Shown here piece after piece: positions 25,204 through 35,359 of a stretch of DNA of 37,959 nt. Each line of letters opens with the position of its first letter. Positions within the stretch are counted from its first letter, which is position 1. The translations under genes were made by a program, and so were the position numbers. The notes under the pieces were generated by a model. The model had not been told where the DNA came from, searched no databases, and saw only the letters and a program-made list of their open reading frames with translations. The stretch is taken from the IMG/VR virus record IMGVR_UViG_2541047683_000006, positions 1 through 37,959 of that record; one strand, written 5' to 3'. The stretch comes from a virus (taxonomy: Duplodnaviria > Heunggongvirae > Uroviricota > Caudoviricetes).

Positions 25204-27105
25204 ATGGCTGATAATTTTCAGCTGAAAGCCATCATCACCGCCGTTGACAGGCTATCCGGCCCGCTTAAAGGTATGCAGCGTCAGCTTAAGGGGTTTCAGA
25301 AAGAAGTCTCCAGCCTTGCTCTGGGCGCTGCCGGGGCGGGTACTGCAATAATGGGGGCACTGGCACTCCCTGTAAAATCAGCCATCACCCTTGAATCGAA
25401 GATGGCTGATGTCCGCAAAGTGGTGGACGGTCTGGATACGCCGGATGCGTTTAAGGCCATGACGGAGCAGGTACGCGCTTTGTCTACTGAGCTTCCCATG
25501 TCTGCAGACGGGATCGCGGAAATTGTGGCGGCTGGCGGTCAGGCCGGGATTGCACGTGATGAACTGATGCAGTTTGCCACTGATGCGGTGAAGATGGGCG
25601 TGGCCTTTGATACCACGGCTGAAGAGTCCGGGCAGATGATGGCCCAGTGGCGTACTGCGTTTAATATGACGCAGGATGAAGTGGCCGGGCTGGCTGACAA
25701 AATCAACTACCTTGGTAATACCGGCCCGGCGAATGCGAAGAAAATCTCCGATATTGTTACGCGTATTGGTCCTTTAGGTGGTGTTGCAGGTGTGGCTTCC
25801 GGCGAAATCGCGGCAATGGGGGCAACCATTGCCGGGATGGGCGTGGAGTCAGAAATTGCCGCCACAGGGATCAAGAACTTCATGCTTTCCCTGACCGCGG
25901 GAAATTCCGCGACAAAATCGCAGAAACAGGCATTACGTTTTCTGCGGATCAATCCGAAGAAATTAGCTGCTGATATGCAGAAAGATGCCCGGGGAACCAT
26001 GCTGTCTGTACTGGATGCGATGGCTAAAGTGCCTAAAGAAAAACAGGCAGCTGTGCTGAATGCCCTGTTCGGGAAAGAGTCTCTGGGCGCGATAGCACCT
26101 CTGCTGACTAACCTTGATTTGTTGCGTACCAACTTCAGGCGGGTTGCGGATTCCCAGCAGTATGGCAGTTCGATGCAGAAGGAATATGCTTCGAGGGCAG
26201 CGACGACGGAAAACCAGCTTTTACTTCTGCAAAATCAACTTGATGCCATTTCTTCCACTCTGGGGGAAACGTTTCTTCCTGAGGTTAATGATGGTCTTGA
26301 AGCGGTAAAACCGCTCCTTGAGGAAGTGAGAACGTTTGTCCGTGAAAACCCGGAGCTCGTTAAGACCATTGCTAAAATCGGTCTGGCTTTACTGACAGTG
26401 GGAGCCGCTGCAGGCTCTTTGTCCAGAATCATGAAAGTTCTCGGCGGAGTGATGAATATGACGCCTGCTAAGGGGCTGATTGCTCTTCTGGTTGGTGGCG
26501 CTTACCTCATTATTGATAATTGGGAAACCGTAGGTCCTGTCATAAAAAAAGTCTGGCACGTGGTGGATGAAACGGCGCAGGCGATGGGGGGATGGGAAAC
26601 TGTTCTGAAAGCGATTGCCCTGTTTATGGCAACCAAATGGGTTGCTGACGTTACCAAATCCATTACCGCAGTGACCAGAGAGATGCGTACGCTGGGGAAG
26701 GTATCGGCAGAAACGGGATTGATGGGGAAAGGCCGCGGCTTTATCGGGAAGGCCGGGGTATATGGTTTTCTGGGAACCCTGATGTATGAGCCGGTTAAAG
26801 ATACTCTGGAAAGTGTTGTTCCTGAAGATACGGTTAACTGGCTGGATAATAAAGGGCTGTTTCTGGCTTCAGACTGGACGCCTTTTTTTGATCGTAAAGA
26901 GTACGAGCAGTATCAGGCCAGCCTGAGTCAGTACAAACCCAATGTTCCGCTGTTGAATCCATCTTCTTCCATGACACAGCACAGCGAGCTGAAAGTCACG
27001 TTCGAGAATGCTCCGCCAGGTATGAAGATAATTGATGTACCGGGCAAAGCCGATCCCCTGATGAAAATCACGCACGATGTGGGGTATTCTCCATTCAGAC
27101 GATAA
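25204..27105 (+). CDS. Tail tape measure protein
   Basis: 633 aa, Ala/Gly-rich with predicted helices and hydrophobic segments; follows the chaperone pair. Confidence 0.85.
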   Translation: MADNFQLKAIITAVDRLSGPLKGMQRQLKGFQKEVSSLALGAAGAGTAIMGALALPVKSAITLESKMADVRKVVDGLDTPDAFKAMTEQVRALSTELPMSADGIAEIVAAGGQAGIARDELMQFATDAVKMGVAFDTTAEESGQMMAQWRTAFNMTQDEVAGLADKINYLGNTGPANAKKISDIVTRIGPLGGVAGVASGEIAAMGATIAGMGVESEIAATGIKNFMLSLTAGNSATKSQKQALRFLRINPKKLAADMQKDARGTMLSVLDAMAKVPKEKQAAVLNALFGKESLGAIAPLLTNLDLLRTNFRRVADSQQYGSSMQKEYASRAATTENQLLLLQNQLDAISSTLGETFLPEVNDGLEAVKPLLEEVRTFVRENPELVKTIAKIGLALLTVGAAAGSLSRIMKVLGGVMNMTPAKGLIALLVGGAYLIIDNWETVGPVIKKVWHVVDETAQAMGGWETVLKAIALFMATKWVADVTKSITAVTREMRTLGKVSAETGLMGKGRGFIGKAGVYGFLGTLMYEPVKDTLESVVPEDTVNWLDNKGLFLASDWTPFFDRKEYEQYQASLSQYKPNVPLLNPSSSMTQHSELKVTFENAPPGMKIIDVPGKADPLMKITHDVGYSPFRR

Positions 27106-27169
27106 TATAACTACTTTAATCAAGTAGGGTTATTGAGTGGTAAAGTTTGTGCTGAATGTAGGAGAGAAT

Positions 27170-27658
27170 ATGAAGAAAATGTTTATATTGTTGTTGGCTG
27201 TAGGACTGCCATTAAACTCCTTTGCGAAGCCAGTAACGGAAAAGCAGCTTGCTACATACTTTATAGATAACGTTAAAACTTCAGCGGATAAGAATATAGA
27301 TCTAGATGTAGAGGGAATAAATAGACTGTCTGTAATATGCCCAGCAAAGTCGGCAAGTGGAACTCTTTTAATAAAAAAAGCATCCTACGAGTTTAATAAA
27401 AGCATTGGTGCTTTTGATTTTGAAAATAACTCACAATCTGCACCATTGACTTTTATTGTACCAATTAGTGAGGATGAAAATAACTTTGACTCGGAAATTA
27501 TTGGTTTCTCTTTTGCATTTAAAATGCCAAGAGGGCAATTCTTTGTTGATGTTACGAAAACAGGGAAGGTAAAGGCTGGCGTAAATATTAGTGGTGAAAG
27601 CGGAATTACTTATTCATCATGTAGAATAGATACTCATAATGTTGATTATGATCGTTAA
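27170..27658 (+). CDS. Secreted/periplasmic protein of unknown function (moron inserted in the tail operon)
   Basis: 162 aa from ATG 27170 (SD GGAGAG); signal peptide MKKMFILLLAVGLPLNSFA with no lipobox Cys; strongly AT-rich block; own terminator downstream. Confidence 0.5.
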   Translation: MKKMFILLLAVGLPLNSFAKPVTEKQLATYFIDNVKTSADKNIDLDVEGINRLSVICPAKSASGTLLIKKASYEFNKSIGAFDFENNSQSAPLTFIVPISEDENNFDSEIIGFSFAFKMPRGQFFVDVTKTGKVKAGVNISGESGITYSSCRIDTHNVDYDR

Positions 27659-27674
27659 TTTTATTACCTAATAA

Positions 27675-27699
27675 AAAACCGCGTTTACACGCGGTTTTT
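27675..27699 (+). terminator. Intrinsic terminator after the moron (A-run / ccgcg-tttaca-cgcgg / T-run)
   Basis: Hairpin flanked by A6 and T5; ends 16 nt before the DNA-circulation gene start. Confidence 0.6.
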
Positions 27700-27714
27700 A
27701 TTTGAGGTGACGCC

Positions 27715-29088
27715 ATGGATTTTTCTCATATTTCTTCGTACCTATCCTCTGATTCTCGAAGTGGCTGGCGTGAAAAGCTACTTGAAGCATCATTTCGAGG
27801 TGTGCCGTTTAAGGTTGAAGAAGAAAGTGCGGGAACCGGTCGCCGTGTGGAAACACATGAATACCCGAACCGCGACAAGCCCTATACCGAAGATCTGGGA
27901 AAAGTCACTTTCCGCCCGTCCATCACAGCTTATGTGGTGGGAGATGACTGCTTTGACCAGCGCGATCGCCTGATTGAAGCGCTGAATAAACCCGGTCCCG
28001 GCACGCTTGTCCACCCGACATATGGTGAGCTGAAAGTCTGTGTTGACGGGGAAGTTCGGGTCAGCACATCGAAAAGTGAAGGGCGTATTGTCCGCTTTGA
28101 CCTGAAGTTTGTCGAAGCAGGAGAACTCTCTTACCCCACATCAGGTGCGGCGACGGCGCAGACGCTGATGTCATCCTGTTCTGCACTGGATGACTGCATC
28201 AGTGACAGCTTCAGCGGTTTCAGTATCGATGGTGTGGCGGATTTCGTGCAGAACGACGTTATCGGTAATGCCAGCATAATGCTGGGGTATGTTTCTGATG
28301 CGATGAAAGTGGTGGATTCTGCCGTATCGGATGCCGCCAGGCTGTTGCAGGGGGATATCTCGGTACTTCTGCCGCCGCCATCGTCAGGCAAAAATTTCGT
28401 TGAGCAGGTGCAGAAAATGTGGCGTACCGGGAAACGCCTTTATGGTAACGCCAGCGACCTGGTCACCATGATCAAAACGCTTTCCGGTGTCAGCCTCGGC
28501 AGCGATCTGCAACCGCGCGGCGTCTGGAAAACGGACAGCAAAACCACCGCCACGGCGACGCAGCAGCGTAACGTGGTTGCCAGCACCCTTCGTACGACCG
28601 CAATCAGCGAAGCGGCGTATGCCGTCACCCGATTGCCTGCGCCAACAACTTCCGCGGTGATGCAGAATTCCGCAGTGGGGCAGGCAACAACACCTGCGCA
28701 GAGCACTGGCTGGCCTTCCGTCACGCATCCGGCACTGAACAATGCACCGGCGGTGAAAAACACGGTTGACCTGCCAACGTGGGAAGAACTGACCGACATT
28801 CGCGACACACTGAATACGGCAATTGATAAGGAGTTGTCCCGTACAACCAGTGATGCGCTGTTTCTGGCGCTGCGCCGGGTGAAAGCAGATCTGAATGCGG
28901 ATATCAACACGCGCCTTGAACAGTCTGCACGGATCATTCAGCGCACGCCGGATGAGGTTTTACCCGCGCTGGTGCTGGCGGCGACCTGGTTTGATAACGC
29001 GGCGCGTGACGCGGACATTATCCGGCGTAATGCCATTACGCATCCCGGCTTTGTGCCGGTGATCCCTCTGAAGGTGCCAGTGCAATGA
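27715..29088 (+). CDS. DNA circulation protein (Mu gp43/N-like)
   Basis: 457 aa; N-terminal region (LLEASFRGVPFKVEEESAGTGRRVETHEYPNRDKPYTEDLG) resembles the Mu DNA-circulation protein as recalled; position after the tape-measure gene. Confidence 0.75.
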   Translation: MDFSHISSYLSSDSRSGWREKLLEASFRGVPFKVEEESAGTGRRVETHEYPNRDKPYTEDLGKVTFRPSITAYVVGDDCFDQRDRLIEALNKPGPGTLVHPTYGELKVCVDGEVRVSTSKSEGRIVRFDLKFVEAGELSYPTSGAATAQTLMSSCSALDDCISDSFSGFSIDGVADFVQNDVIGNASIMLGYVSDAMKVVDSAVSDAARLLQGDISVLLPPPSSGKNFVEQVQKMWRTGKRLYGNASDLVTMIKTLSGVSLGSDLQPRGVWKTDSKTTATATQQRNVVASTLRTTAISEAAYAVTRLPAPTTSAVMQNSAVGQATTPAQSTGWPSVTHPALNNAPAVKNTVDLPTWEELTDIRDTLNTAIDKELSRTTSDALFLALRRVKADLNADINTRLEQSARIIQRTPDEVLPALVLAATWFDNAARDADIIRRNAITHPGFVPVIPLKVPVQ

Positions 29089-30164
29089 ACGATAACGTCA
29101 CGCTACGGGTAAATGGCCGGGAGTGGAATGGCTGGACATCGGTGCGCATCGGTGCCGGTGTTGAACGACTGGCGCGGGATTTCAGTGTGGAGATCACCCG
29201 CCAGTGGCCGGGAGATGAGGGTATCACCACGCTTCAGCCGCGCATTAAAAACGGTTCAAAAGTGGAAGTGCTGATTGGTGATGAGCTGGTGATCACCGGC
29301 TGGGTGGAGGCGACGCCCGTTCGTTACGATGCCCGTTCGGTCAGCACCGGTATTGCCGGACGCAGTCTGACCGCTGATCTGATTGACTGTGCAGCCGAAC
29401 CGACACAGTTTAACGGACGATCGCTGGTACAGATTGCGCAGGCGCTTGCTGCGCCCTTCGGCATTGAGGTGGTGAACAACGGTGCGCCGTCGGGTGTTAT
29501 TCCTGACGTCCAGCCTGATCACGGTGAAACGGTGATTGAGGTAATCAACAAAATACTCGGTCAGCAGCAGGCACTGGCTTACGACGACCCGCACGGCAGG
29601 CTGGTGATTGGCGGTATTGGCTCAACGCGGGCACATACTGCGCTGGTACTCGGGGAAAACATCCTTTCCTGCGATACGGAGAAGAGTATCCGGGAGCGAT
29701 TTTCTGTTTACCAGGTGGCGGGGCAGCGTGCCGGAAACGACGATGATTTCGGTGAGACCACCACCACCGCGCTGCGGGCCCGCACAGAGGACGCATTTAT
29801 TGCCCGTTACCGTCCGATGTATATCAGGCAGACAGGGCAGGCTACGGGAGCAGGCTGTATTGCCCGTGCGGACTTTGAAGCCCGACAACGGGCGGCGCGG
29901 ACGGATGAAACCACCTATGTGGTGCAGGGCTGGCGACAGGGTAACGGTACGCTGTGGCAGCCCAACCAGCGGGTGATTGTCTTTGATCCGGTCTGTGGTT
30001 TCGACAATACCGAACTGCTTGTTTCGGAAGTCACGTTTACTCAGGACCAGAACGGCACCCTGACGGAAATCCGTGTCGGCCCGCCTGATGCTTATCTGCC
30101 TGAACCCGAAGCCCCCGGCGCGCGGAAAAAGAAAAAAGCCAGAGTACAGGAGGACCCGTTCTGA
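29085..30164 (+). CDS. Baseplate hub protein (Mu gp44/P-like)
   Basis: 359 aa; conserved order after the DNA-circulation gene. Confidence 0.65.
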   Translation: MNDNVTLRVNGREWNGWTSVRIGAGVERLARDFSVEITRQWPGDEGITTLQPRIKNGSKVEVLIGDELVITGWVEATPVRYDARSVSTGIAGRSLTADLIDCAAEPTQFNGRSLVQIAQALAAPFGIEVVNNGAPSGVIPDVQPDHGETVIEVINKILGQQQALAYDDPHGRLVIGGIGSTRAHTALVLGENILSCDTEKSIRERFSVYQVAGQRAGNDDDFGETTTTALRARTEDAFIARYRPMYIRQTGQATGAGCIARADFEARQRAARTDETTYVVQGWRQGNGTLWQPNQRVIVFDPVCGFDNTELLVSEVTFTQDQNGTLTEIRVGPPDAYLPEPEAPGARKKKKARVQEDPF

Positions 30165-30712
30165 TGAGGACGATTGAAGCCATGCAGCGACAACTCCTCG
30201 GCCTGATTGGGCGGGCCGTGGTGAAAAGCATCAGTGCCGCCACGAAATGTCAGACCGTGGATGTGTCCCTGATTGCCGGTGAACCCAAAGCCGGGGTTGA
30301 ACATCTTGAACCCTACGGTTTTACCGCAAGGGCAAACAGCGGTGCGGAAGCTGTGGTGTTGTTTCCGGATGGCGACCGTTCTCATGCGGTGGTTGTTACG
30401 GTGTCGGACCGTCGCTACCGCCTGAAAGGGCTGCAGACTGGGGAGGTGGCTGTCTATGACGATCAGGGGCAGTCCGTGACGCTGACCCGGGAGGGGATCG
30501 TGGTGGACGGTGCTGGTAAAACGATCACGTTTCACAATGCGCCTAAGGCACGTTTTGAAATGGACCTGGAAGTGACAGGACAGGTGAAAGACCTGTGCGA
30601 CTCCAGCGGCACCACCATGTCAGCGATGCGGCTTGCCTATAACGGGCATCGTCACAGAGAGAACGGTCAGGGCAGTAACACCGACAAACCTGATAAAGCG
30701 ATGGAGGCATGA
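30164..30712 (+). CDS. Baseplate spike/assembly protein (gpV / Mu gp45-like)
   Basis: 182 aa; conserved order. Confidence 0.65.
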   Translation: MRTIEAMQRQLLGLIGRAVVKSISAATKCQTVDVSLIAGEPKAGVEHLEPYGFTARANSGAEAVVLFPDGDRSHAVVVTVSDRRYRLKGLQTGEVAVYDDQGQSVTLTREGIVVDGAGKTITFHNAPKARFEMDLEVTGQVKDLCDSSGTTMSAMRLAYNGHRHRENGQGSNTDKPDKAMEA

Positions 30713-31137
30713 TGGAACTGTGGCTGACGGTGAACGGTAAACGCACCTGCGCCAGCGCACCGCTGGATCCGCTGACCCGCGCCGTGGTGATTTCCCTGTT
30801 TACCTGGCGGCGGGCGGAGCCTGATGACAACGCCGGCGTCCCGATGGGATGGTGGGGGGATACCTGGCCTGCGGTACAGAATGACCGTTACGGCTCCCGA
30901 CTGTGGCTGCTTCAGCGCAGCAAACTGACCAATCAGTTGGTGCAGACGGTAAGGGGGTATATCCGCGAATGCCTGCAATGGATGATTGATGACGGCGTGG
31001 TGTCCCGTATTGATCTGGATATCCGCCGCACCGGGATTAATGAACTGGGTAACAGTATCACTCTCTGGCGTCGTGACGGACCGGTAATGATTTCTTTTGA
31101 TGATCTGTGGAGTGCGATAACGCATGGCGGACAGTGA
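30709..31137 (+). CDS. GP46-family baseplate protein
   Basis: 142 aa; conserved order in Mu-like baseplate clusters. Confidence 0.65.
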   Translation: MMELWLTVNGKRTCASAPLDPLTRAVVISLFTWRRAEPDDNAGVPMGWWGDTWPAVQNDRYGSRLWLLQRSKLTNQLVQTVRGYIRECLQWMIDDGVVSRIDLDIRRTGINELGNSITLWRRDGPVMISFDDLWSAITHGGQ

Positions 31138-32182
31138 ATTTCAGCGCCCGACGCTGGCAGAAAATATCAGTATGCTCCGTAACGATTTATTCGCCAGGCT
31201 GGACGTCAGCGACACGCTCCGGCGCATGGATGAAGACGTGCGGGCAAAGGTGTATGCGGCGGCGCTGCATACGGTTTACGGTTACATCGATTATCTGGCA
31301 ATGAACATGCTGCCTGACCTGTGCGATGAGTCCTGGCTGGCGCGACATGCTGCGATGAAACGGTGTCCGCGCAAGGGAGCCACGGCTGCCAGTGGGTATA
31401 TGCGCTGGGAAGGTGTCAGCGATGGCCTGAAGGTGACCGCCGGGAGTGTTATTCAGCGCGATGACCTGGTGCAGTACACGACAACTGACGATGCAACCAG
31501 CTCCGGTGGTGTCCTGCGCGTGCCGATCGCCTGCTCAAGTGCAGGTGCGGTCGGTAACGCTGACGACGGTACGGCATTAATCCTGGTCACGCCGGTGAAT
31601 GGTCTGCCGTCTTCCGGTGTGGCTGACACCCTGACAGGCGGATTTGATACTGAAGAGCTGGAAACGTGGCGCGCCCGCGTCATTGAGCGGTATTACTGGA
31701 CGCCGCAGGGCGGGGCTGACGGGGACTATGTTGTCTGGGCTAAAGAAGTGCCCGGCATTACCCGCGCATGGACATACCGTCACTGGATGGGAACGGGAAC
31801 TGTCGGTGTGATGATTGCCAGCAGTGACCTGATTAATCCCATTCCTGAAGAATCAACGGAAACGGCGGCAAGACAACATATCGAGCCACTGGCCCCGGTG
31901 GCAGGCTCTGATTTGTATGTATTCAGGCCGGTGGCACATAAAGTGGATTTTCATATCCGCGTGACGCCGGACACACCGGAAATACGAGCCGCCATTACTG
32001 CGGAGTTGCGTTCGTTCCTGCTGCGTGATGGTTATCCGCAGGGAGAACTGAAGGTGTCGCGTATCAGTGAAGCGATTTCCGGTGCGAACGGGGAATACAG
32101 CCATCAGTTGCTTGCACCGGCGGACAATATCTCCATTGCAAAAAATGAACTGGCGGTTCTGGGGACGATTTTATGGACGTGA
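31124..32182 (+). CDS. Baseplate J-like protein (Mu gp47-like)
   Basis: 352 aa; conserved order. Confidence 0.75.
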   Translation: MADSEFQRPTLAENISMLRNDLFARLDVSDTLRRMDEDVRAKVYAAALHTVYGYIDYLAMNMLPDLCDESWLARHAAMKRCPRKGATAASGYMRWEGVSDGLKVTAGSVIQRDDLVQYTTTDDATSSGGVLRVPIACSSAGAVGNADDGTALILVTPVNGLPSSGVADTLTGGFDTEELETWRARVIERYYWTPQGGADGDYVVWAKEVPGITRAWTYRHWMGTGTVGVMIASSDLINPIPEESTETAARQHIEPLAPVAGSDLYVFRPVAHKVDFHIRVTPDTPEIRAAITAELRSFLLRDGYPQGELKVSRISEAISGANGEYSHQLLAPADNISIAKNELAVLGTILWT

Positions 32183-32757
32183 CAAACGATGATTACATCC
32201 GTCTGTTGTCGGCACTGCTGCCGCCCGGTCCGGCGTGGCCAGCTAGCGATCCGGCGATTGCCGGTGCAGCACCGTCATTAACCCGTGTTCATCAGCGTGC
32301 GGATGCCCTGATGCGGGAGCTGGATCCGCGCACCACCACCGAACTGATAAATCGCTGGGAGCGTCTGTGCGGCCTGCCGGATGAATGTATTCCCGCAGGG
32401 ACACAGACCCTTCTCCAGCGTCAGCAACGGCTGGATGCGAAGGTTAACCTGGCGGGCGGCATCAACGAGGATTTTTATCTTGCACAGCTTGCTGCCCTGG
32501 GCAGACCAGATGCCACCATCACGCGATACGACAAAAGCACCTTCACCTGCTCATCGGCCTGTACTGACGCGGTGAATGCGCCGGAATGGCGGTATTACTG
32601 GCAGGTCAACATGCCAGCCGCCACCAACACCACCTGGATGACATGTGGCGATCCCTGTGATTCCGCACTGCGTATCTGGGGCGACACCGTTGTCGAGTGT
32701 GTGCTTAACAAACTCTGCCCTTCGCATACCTACGTAATTTTTAAATATCCGGAGTAA
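32173..32757 (+). CDS. Mu gp48-like tail protein (DUF2313/YmfQ family)
   Basis: 194 aa; conserved position between the J-like gene and the fibre gene. Confidence 0.65.
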   Translation: MDVTNDDYIRLLSALLPPGPAWPASDPAIAGAAPSLTRVHQRADALMRELDPRTTTELINRWERLCGLPDECIPAGTQTLLQRQQRLDAKVNLAGGINEDFYLAQLAALGRPDATITRYDKSTFTCSSACTDAVNAPEWRYYWQVNMPAATNTTWMTCGDPCDSALRIWGDTVVECVLNKLCPSHTYVIFKYPE

Positions 32758-32760
32758 TCC

Positions 32761-34689
32761 ATGCATCGTATAGACACGAAAACCGCGCAGAAGGATAAGT
32801 TCGGCGCGGGTAAGAACGGTTTTACCCGTGGTAACCCCCAGACCGGCACACCTGCCACCGATCTGGATGATGACTACTTTGACATGTTGCAGGAAGAACT
32901 TTGTAGCGTGGTGGAGGCCTCCGGTGCCAGCCTGGAGAAGGAGCGGCACGACCAGTTGCTTACCGCGCTTCGTGCGCTGCTGTTAAGCCGCAAGAATCCG
33001 TTTGGTGATATCAAATCGGACGGCACAGTACCAACGGCTCTCGAAAACCTTGGATTTACAGACCCGGATGACGGGGATTCCCTGGTAGCAGTTAAACAGG
33101 ACCTGGAGAATGCTGTTATCCGAAATCAGCACGACAAAAACGCAGAGATTATTAGTGTGAGGGATTTTGGGGCTATCGGTGACGGTATTGCTGACGACAC
33201 TGCGGCGATACAGCGGGCAATTGACTCGGTTCCGGCAGGATCGCGACTGGGATTCTGGAGAGGAAAGTATTTGTTCGACACTGTAACGTTGTCAAAACCC
33301 ATTGTTCTGGTGGGAGATGCAGACCTGGTTCACAACGGATTCGTTATAAAATCAAGTAATATAACATCGTTATTAACGGGCATGCAGACCTGTCGTGAAT
33401 ACCATCATTCAGCCAGGGCGTTTTCGTGTAATGCCCACCAGGACTTATCTGACTACAAAAATATAAAAATCCTGTTCAACAAGTTTGCGGGTTTTTTCTA
33501 CGCAACTGATATAACAGCCAGGGATTACGATGCGATGTCTGACAATCCGGATAATCGAGTTGTCAGTGATACCCTGATACTTGGTTGTACGTCAGTAGCC
33601 CCTGAGGGTGTAAACGCCGGGCACTTTCAGCATATAGGGGTAACCAACGCAAAGTGCGTCGGCAATTCAACGCACGGAGGGAAAAACGCGACCTCATACA
33701 ATTTTATCAACGGGAACGGATATCTGATTGTTCAGGGTAATTACGATTACGGAAATACTTATGGCTCCTGTGAGGTTGAAAACGATTCCAGTAATACAGT
33801 AATTTCCGGGAACGCATTCAGGGGCAAAATCTGGATTGATGACAGCAGCAACGTCACTGTCAGCGGAAACACCGTTGACGACGAAATTTTGATTACGTCC
33901 CAGACTGACGATGTGCGAAACGTTCTGGTTGCAGGGAATACGGCCAAACGAATAGTCGTTCAGCAATTTGGAGACGAACCTGTCGGCTGGGCATACGATT
34001 GTCATATACAGGGAAATCTGACAACGGGTAATCCGGAATACGAACACGATATTCTGTTGTCGTCACTGATTAGCGGAACAGTGGAAAATAATCGCCTGAA
34101 CGGAGAATCGAAATATTCTATTGGTATTATACGTCATCACAATACGGACCTGATAATACGTAACAATACCGGGAAACGAGAAGCCATTATTTCTGGTAGT
34201 GGCGGAAGAATAATCGATTACGCAAATATAGGTTTTAATGTATTTACTCAGTCAGACAGTCGACACGTTTCCACACTATTGACCCCGGTGTCGGATTATC
34301 TTGATTTACCAGGAAAATACTTGCACGGAACTAAATACGCCGGACAACTGATACCAGGCGGGAATACTGTTATTTCGCTATCAGTACCAGATGTAAAAAA
34401 CTTAGTTTTCAGGGGGATATCGCTGTGGGTGCTAATCCGTGACCCTGCAAATAACAATATGTCCAGCTACAGAATTGATGGATTTTTCATGGTTGTAGGT
34501 TCATCCGTGTCAATAAGTTTTGGAGCTCCTTATTCAGTTCTGGGAGTCGATTCTGGATTTGTGACCGTTGCGAACCAGGGAAGCACAACAACAGCTATCA
34601 TGCTGAGCATAACGAATACCCACGAAACGAAAAATCTGCAAGTTACGATGCTGCCAGCAGTTACCAGCAGATTTGGGCTGGACGATTAA
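32761..34689 (+). CDS. Tail fibre/tailspike with conserved N-terminal anchor and pectate-lyase-like right-handed beta-helix domain (putative polysaccharide depolymerase)
   Basis: 642 aa; N-terminus [22 protein letters not shown]...[14 protein letters not shown] is fibre-anchor-like; [22 protein letters not shown] is the canonical pectate-lyase-3 signature; Asn/Gly/Thr-rich repeats; strongly AT-rich 3' two-thirds. Confidence 0.7.
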   Translation: MHRIDTKTAQKDKFGAGKNGFTRGNPQTGTPATDLDDDYFDMLQEELCSVVEASGASLEKERHDQLLTALRALLLSRKNPFGDIKSDGTVPTALENLGFTDPDDGDSLVAVKQDLENAVIRNQHDKNAEIISVRDFGAIGDGIADDTAAIQRAIDSVPAGSRLGFWRGKYLFDTVTLSKPIVLVGDADLVHNGFVIKSSNITSLLTGMQTCREYHHSARAFSCNAHQDLSDYKNIKILFNKFAGFFYATDITARDYDAMSDNPDNRVVSDTLILGCTSVAPEGVNAGHFQHIGVTNAKCVGNSTHGGKNATSYNFINGNGYLIVQGNYDYGNTYGSCEVENDSSNTVISGNAFRGKIWIDDSSNVTVSGNTVDDEILITSQTDDVRNVLVAGNTAKRIVVQQFGDEPVGWAYDCHIQGNLTTGNPEYEHDILLSSLISGTVENNRLNGESKYSIGIIRHHNTDLIIRNNTGKREAIISGSGGRIIDYANIGFNVFTQSDSRHVSTLLTPVSDYLDLPGKYLHGTKYAGQLIPGGNTVISLSVPDVKNLVFRGISLWVLIRDPANNNMSSYRIDGFFMVVGSSVSISFGAPYSVLGVDSGFVTVANQGSTTTAIMLSITNTHETKNLQVTMLPAVTSRFGLDD

Positions 34690-34707
34690 AAATCTGACAA
34701 ATTGACG

Positions 34708-34753
34708 CGCAATTCTGGGCGGAGAGCGCACAACCTGACAGCCCAGAATTGCG
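34708..34753 (+). other. Perfect 13-bp inverted repeat (cgcaattctgggc ... gcccagaattgcg, 20-nt spacer) 19 nt after the tailspike stop
   Basis: Seen directly; could be the late-operon terminator hairpin (weak T-run follows) or a relic recombination site next to the invertase remnant. Confidence 0.5.
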
Positions 34754-34946
34754 TGTTAATTTGCCCAGAAAAAAACGCAAAGTTACAACTGCTCGCGCAC
34801 AGGGACGAACTGGAGGTCGCTGTCCAGAACAATGGGCGCAGGCTGGACGACTAATTGCATCAGGAGTTTCTCGCCAGAAGGTAGCGATCATCTATGATGT
34901 TGGCGTATCGACTTTGTATAAGAAGTTTCCGGTCGGAGATAAATGA
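34749..34946 (+). pseudogene. Remnant of a Gin/Hin/Pin-family serine DNA invertase (C-terminal HTH domain only)
   Basis: Track ORF starts at TTG; GGRCPEQWAQAGRLIASGVSRQKVAIIYDVGVSTLYKKFP matches the C-terminal DNA-binding domain of Gin/Hin as recalled; the ~130-aa catalytic N-terminal domain is absent. Confidence 0.55.
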
Positions 34947-35049
34947 AACCGTAGCACGTCGTATGCAAGAACGTGCCACGGCTGGCTGGTTAACTTTCGA
35001 TAGTGCGAGTATTGAATGATTTCCAGCCGTTACCGATTTTACGTGTTAA

Positions 35050-35298
35050 TTAGTGAACAAACCACTCATCAGCAGATTCCCAGGTATCTTTCAGAGTCTC
35101 CTGAACAAAAGTTTTTGCAGAATCCTTATCTGCGGTGCGTGTAACAGAAAGGCCATCGTTGCTGGTGGCTTTTACGATCACCTCTACATCGTCATAACGT
35201 TTACTGATGCGTCGGGTTAATTCTTCCTTTAACGCATCCACAGCACCGGTTGGCATTTTAGTCATTTTTTCTTTGGCTATGCAGATTTCAATACGCAT
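35050..35298 (-). CDS. dinI: DinI-family DNA-damage-inducible protein
   Basis: 82 aa; MRIEI.IAK...LP.GA.DAL..EL.RRI...........V.....N.LSV.....KD......ETW.SADEWF matches DinI; SD GAGGGA; two LexA boxes upstream. Confidence 0.8.
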   Translation of the reverse strand: MRIEICIAKEKMTKMPTGAVDALKEELTRRISKRYDDVEVIVKATSNDGLSVTRTADKDSAKTFVQETLKDTWESADEWFVH

Positions 35299-35313
35299 AA
35301 AAGTCCCTCTATA

Positions 35314-35357
35314 CTGTGTTTGTATACAGTGTTATTTTTAACTGTATGGATAAACAG
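35314..35357 (-). promoter_or_regulatory. Two SOS (LexA) boxes in the dinI-like promoter region
   Basis: taCTGTgtttgtatACAGtg (35314-35329) and aCTGTatggataaACAGtg (35342-35357), both fitting CTGT-N8-ACAG; the second abuts the integrase stop. Confidence 0.7.
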
Positions 35358-35359
35358 TG

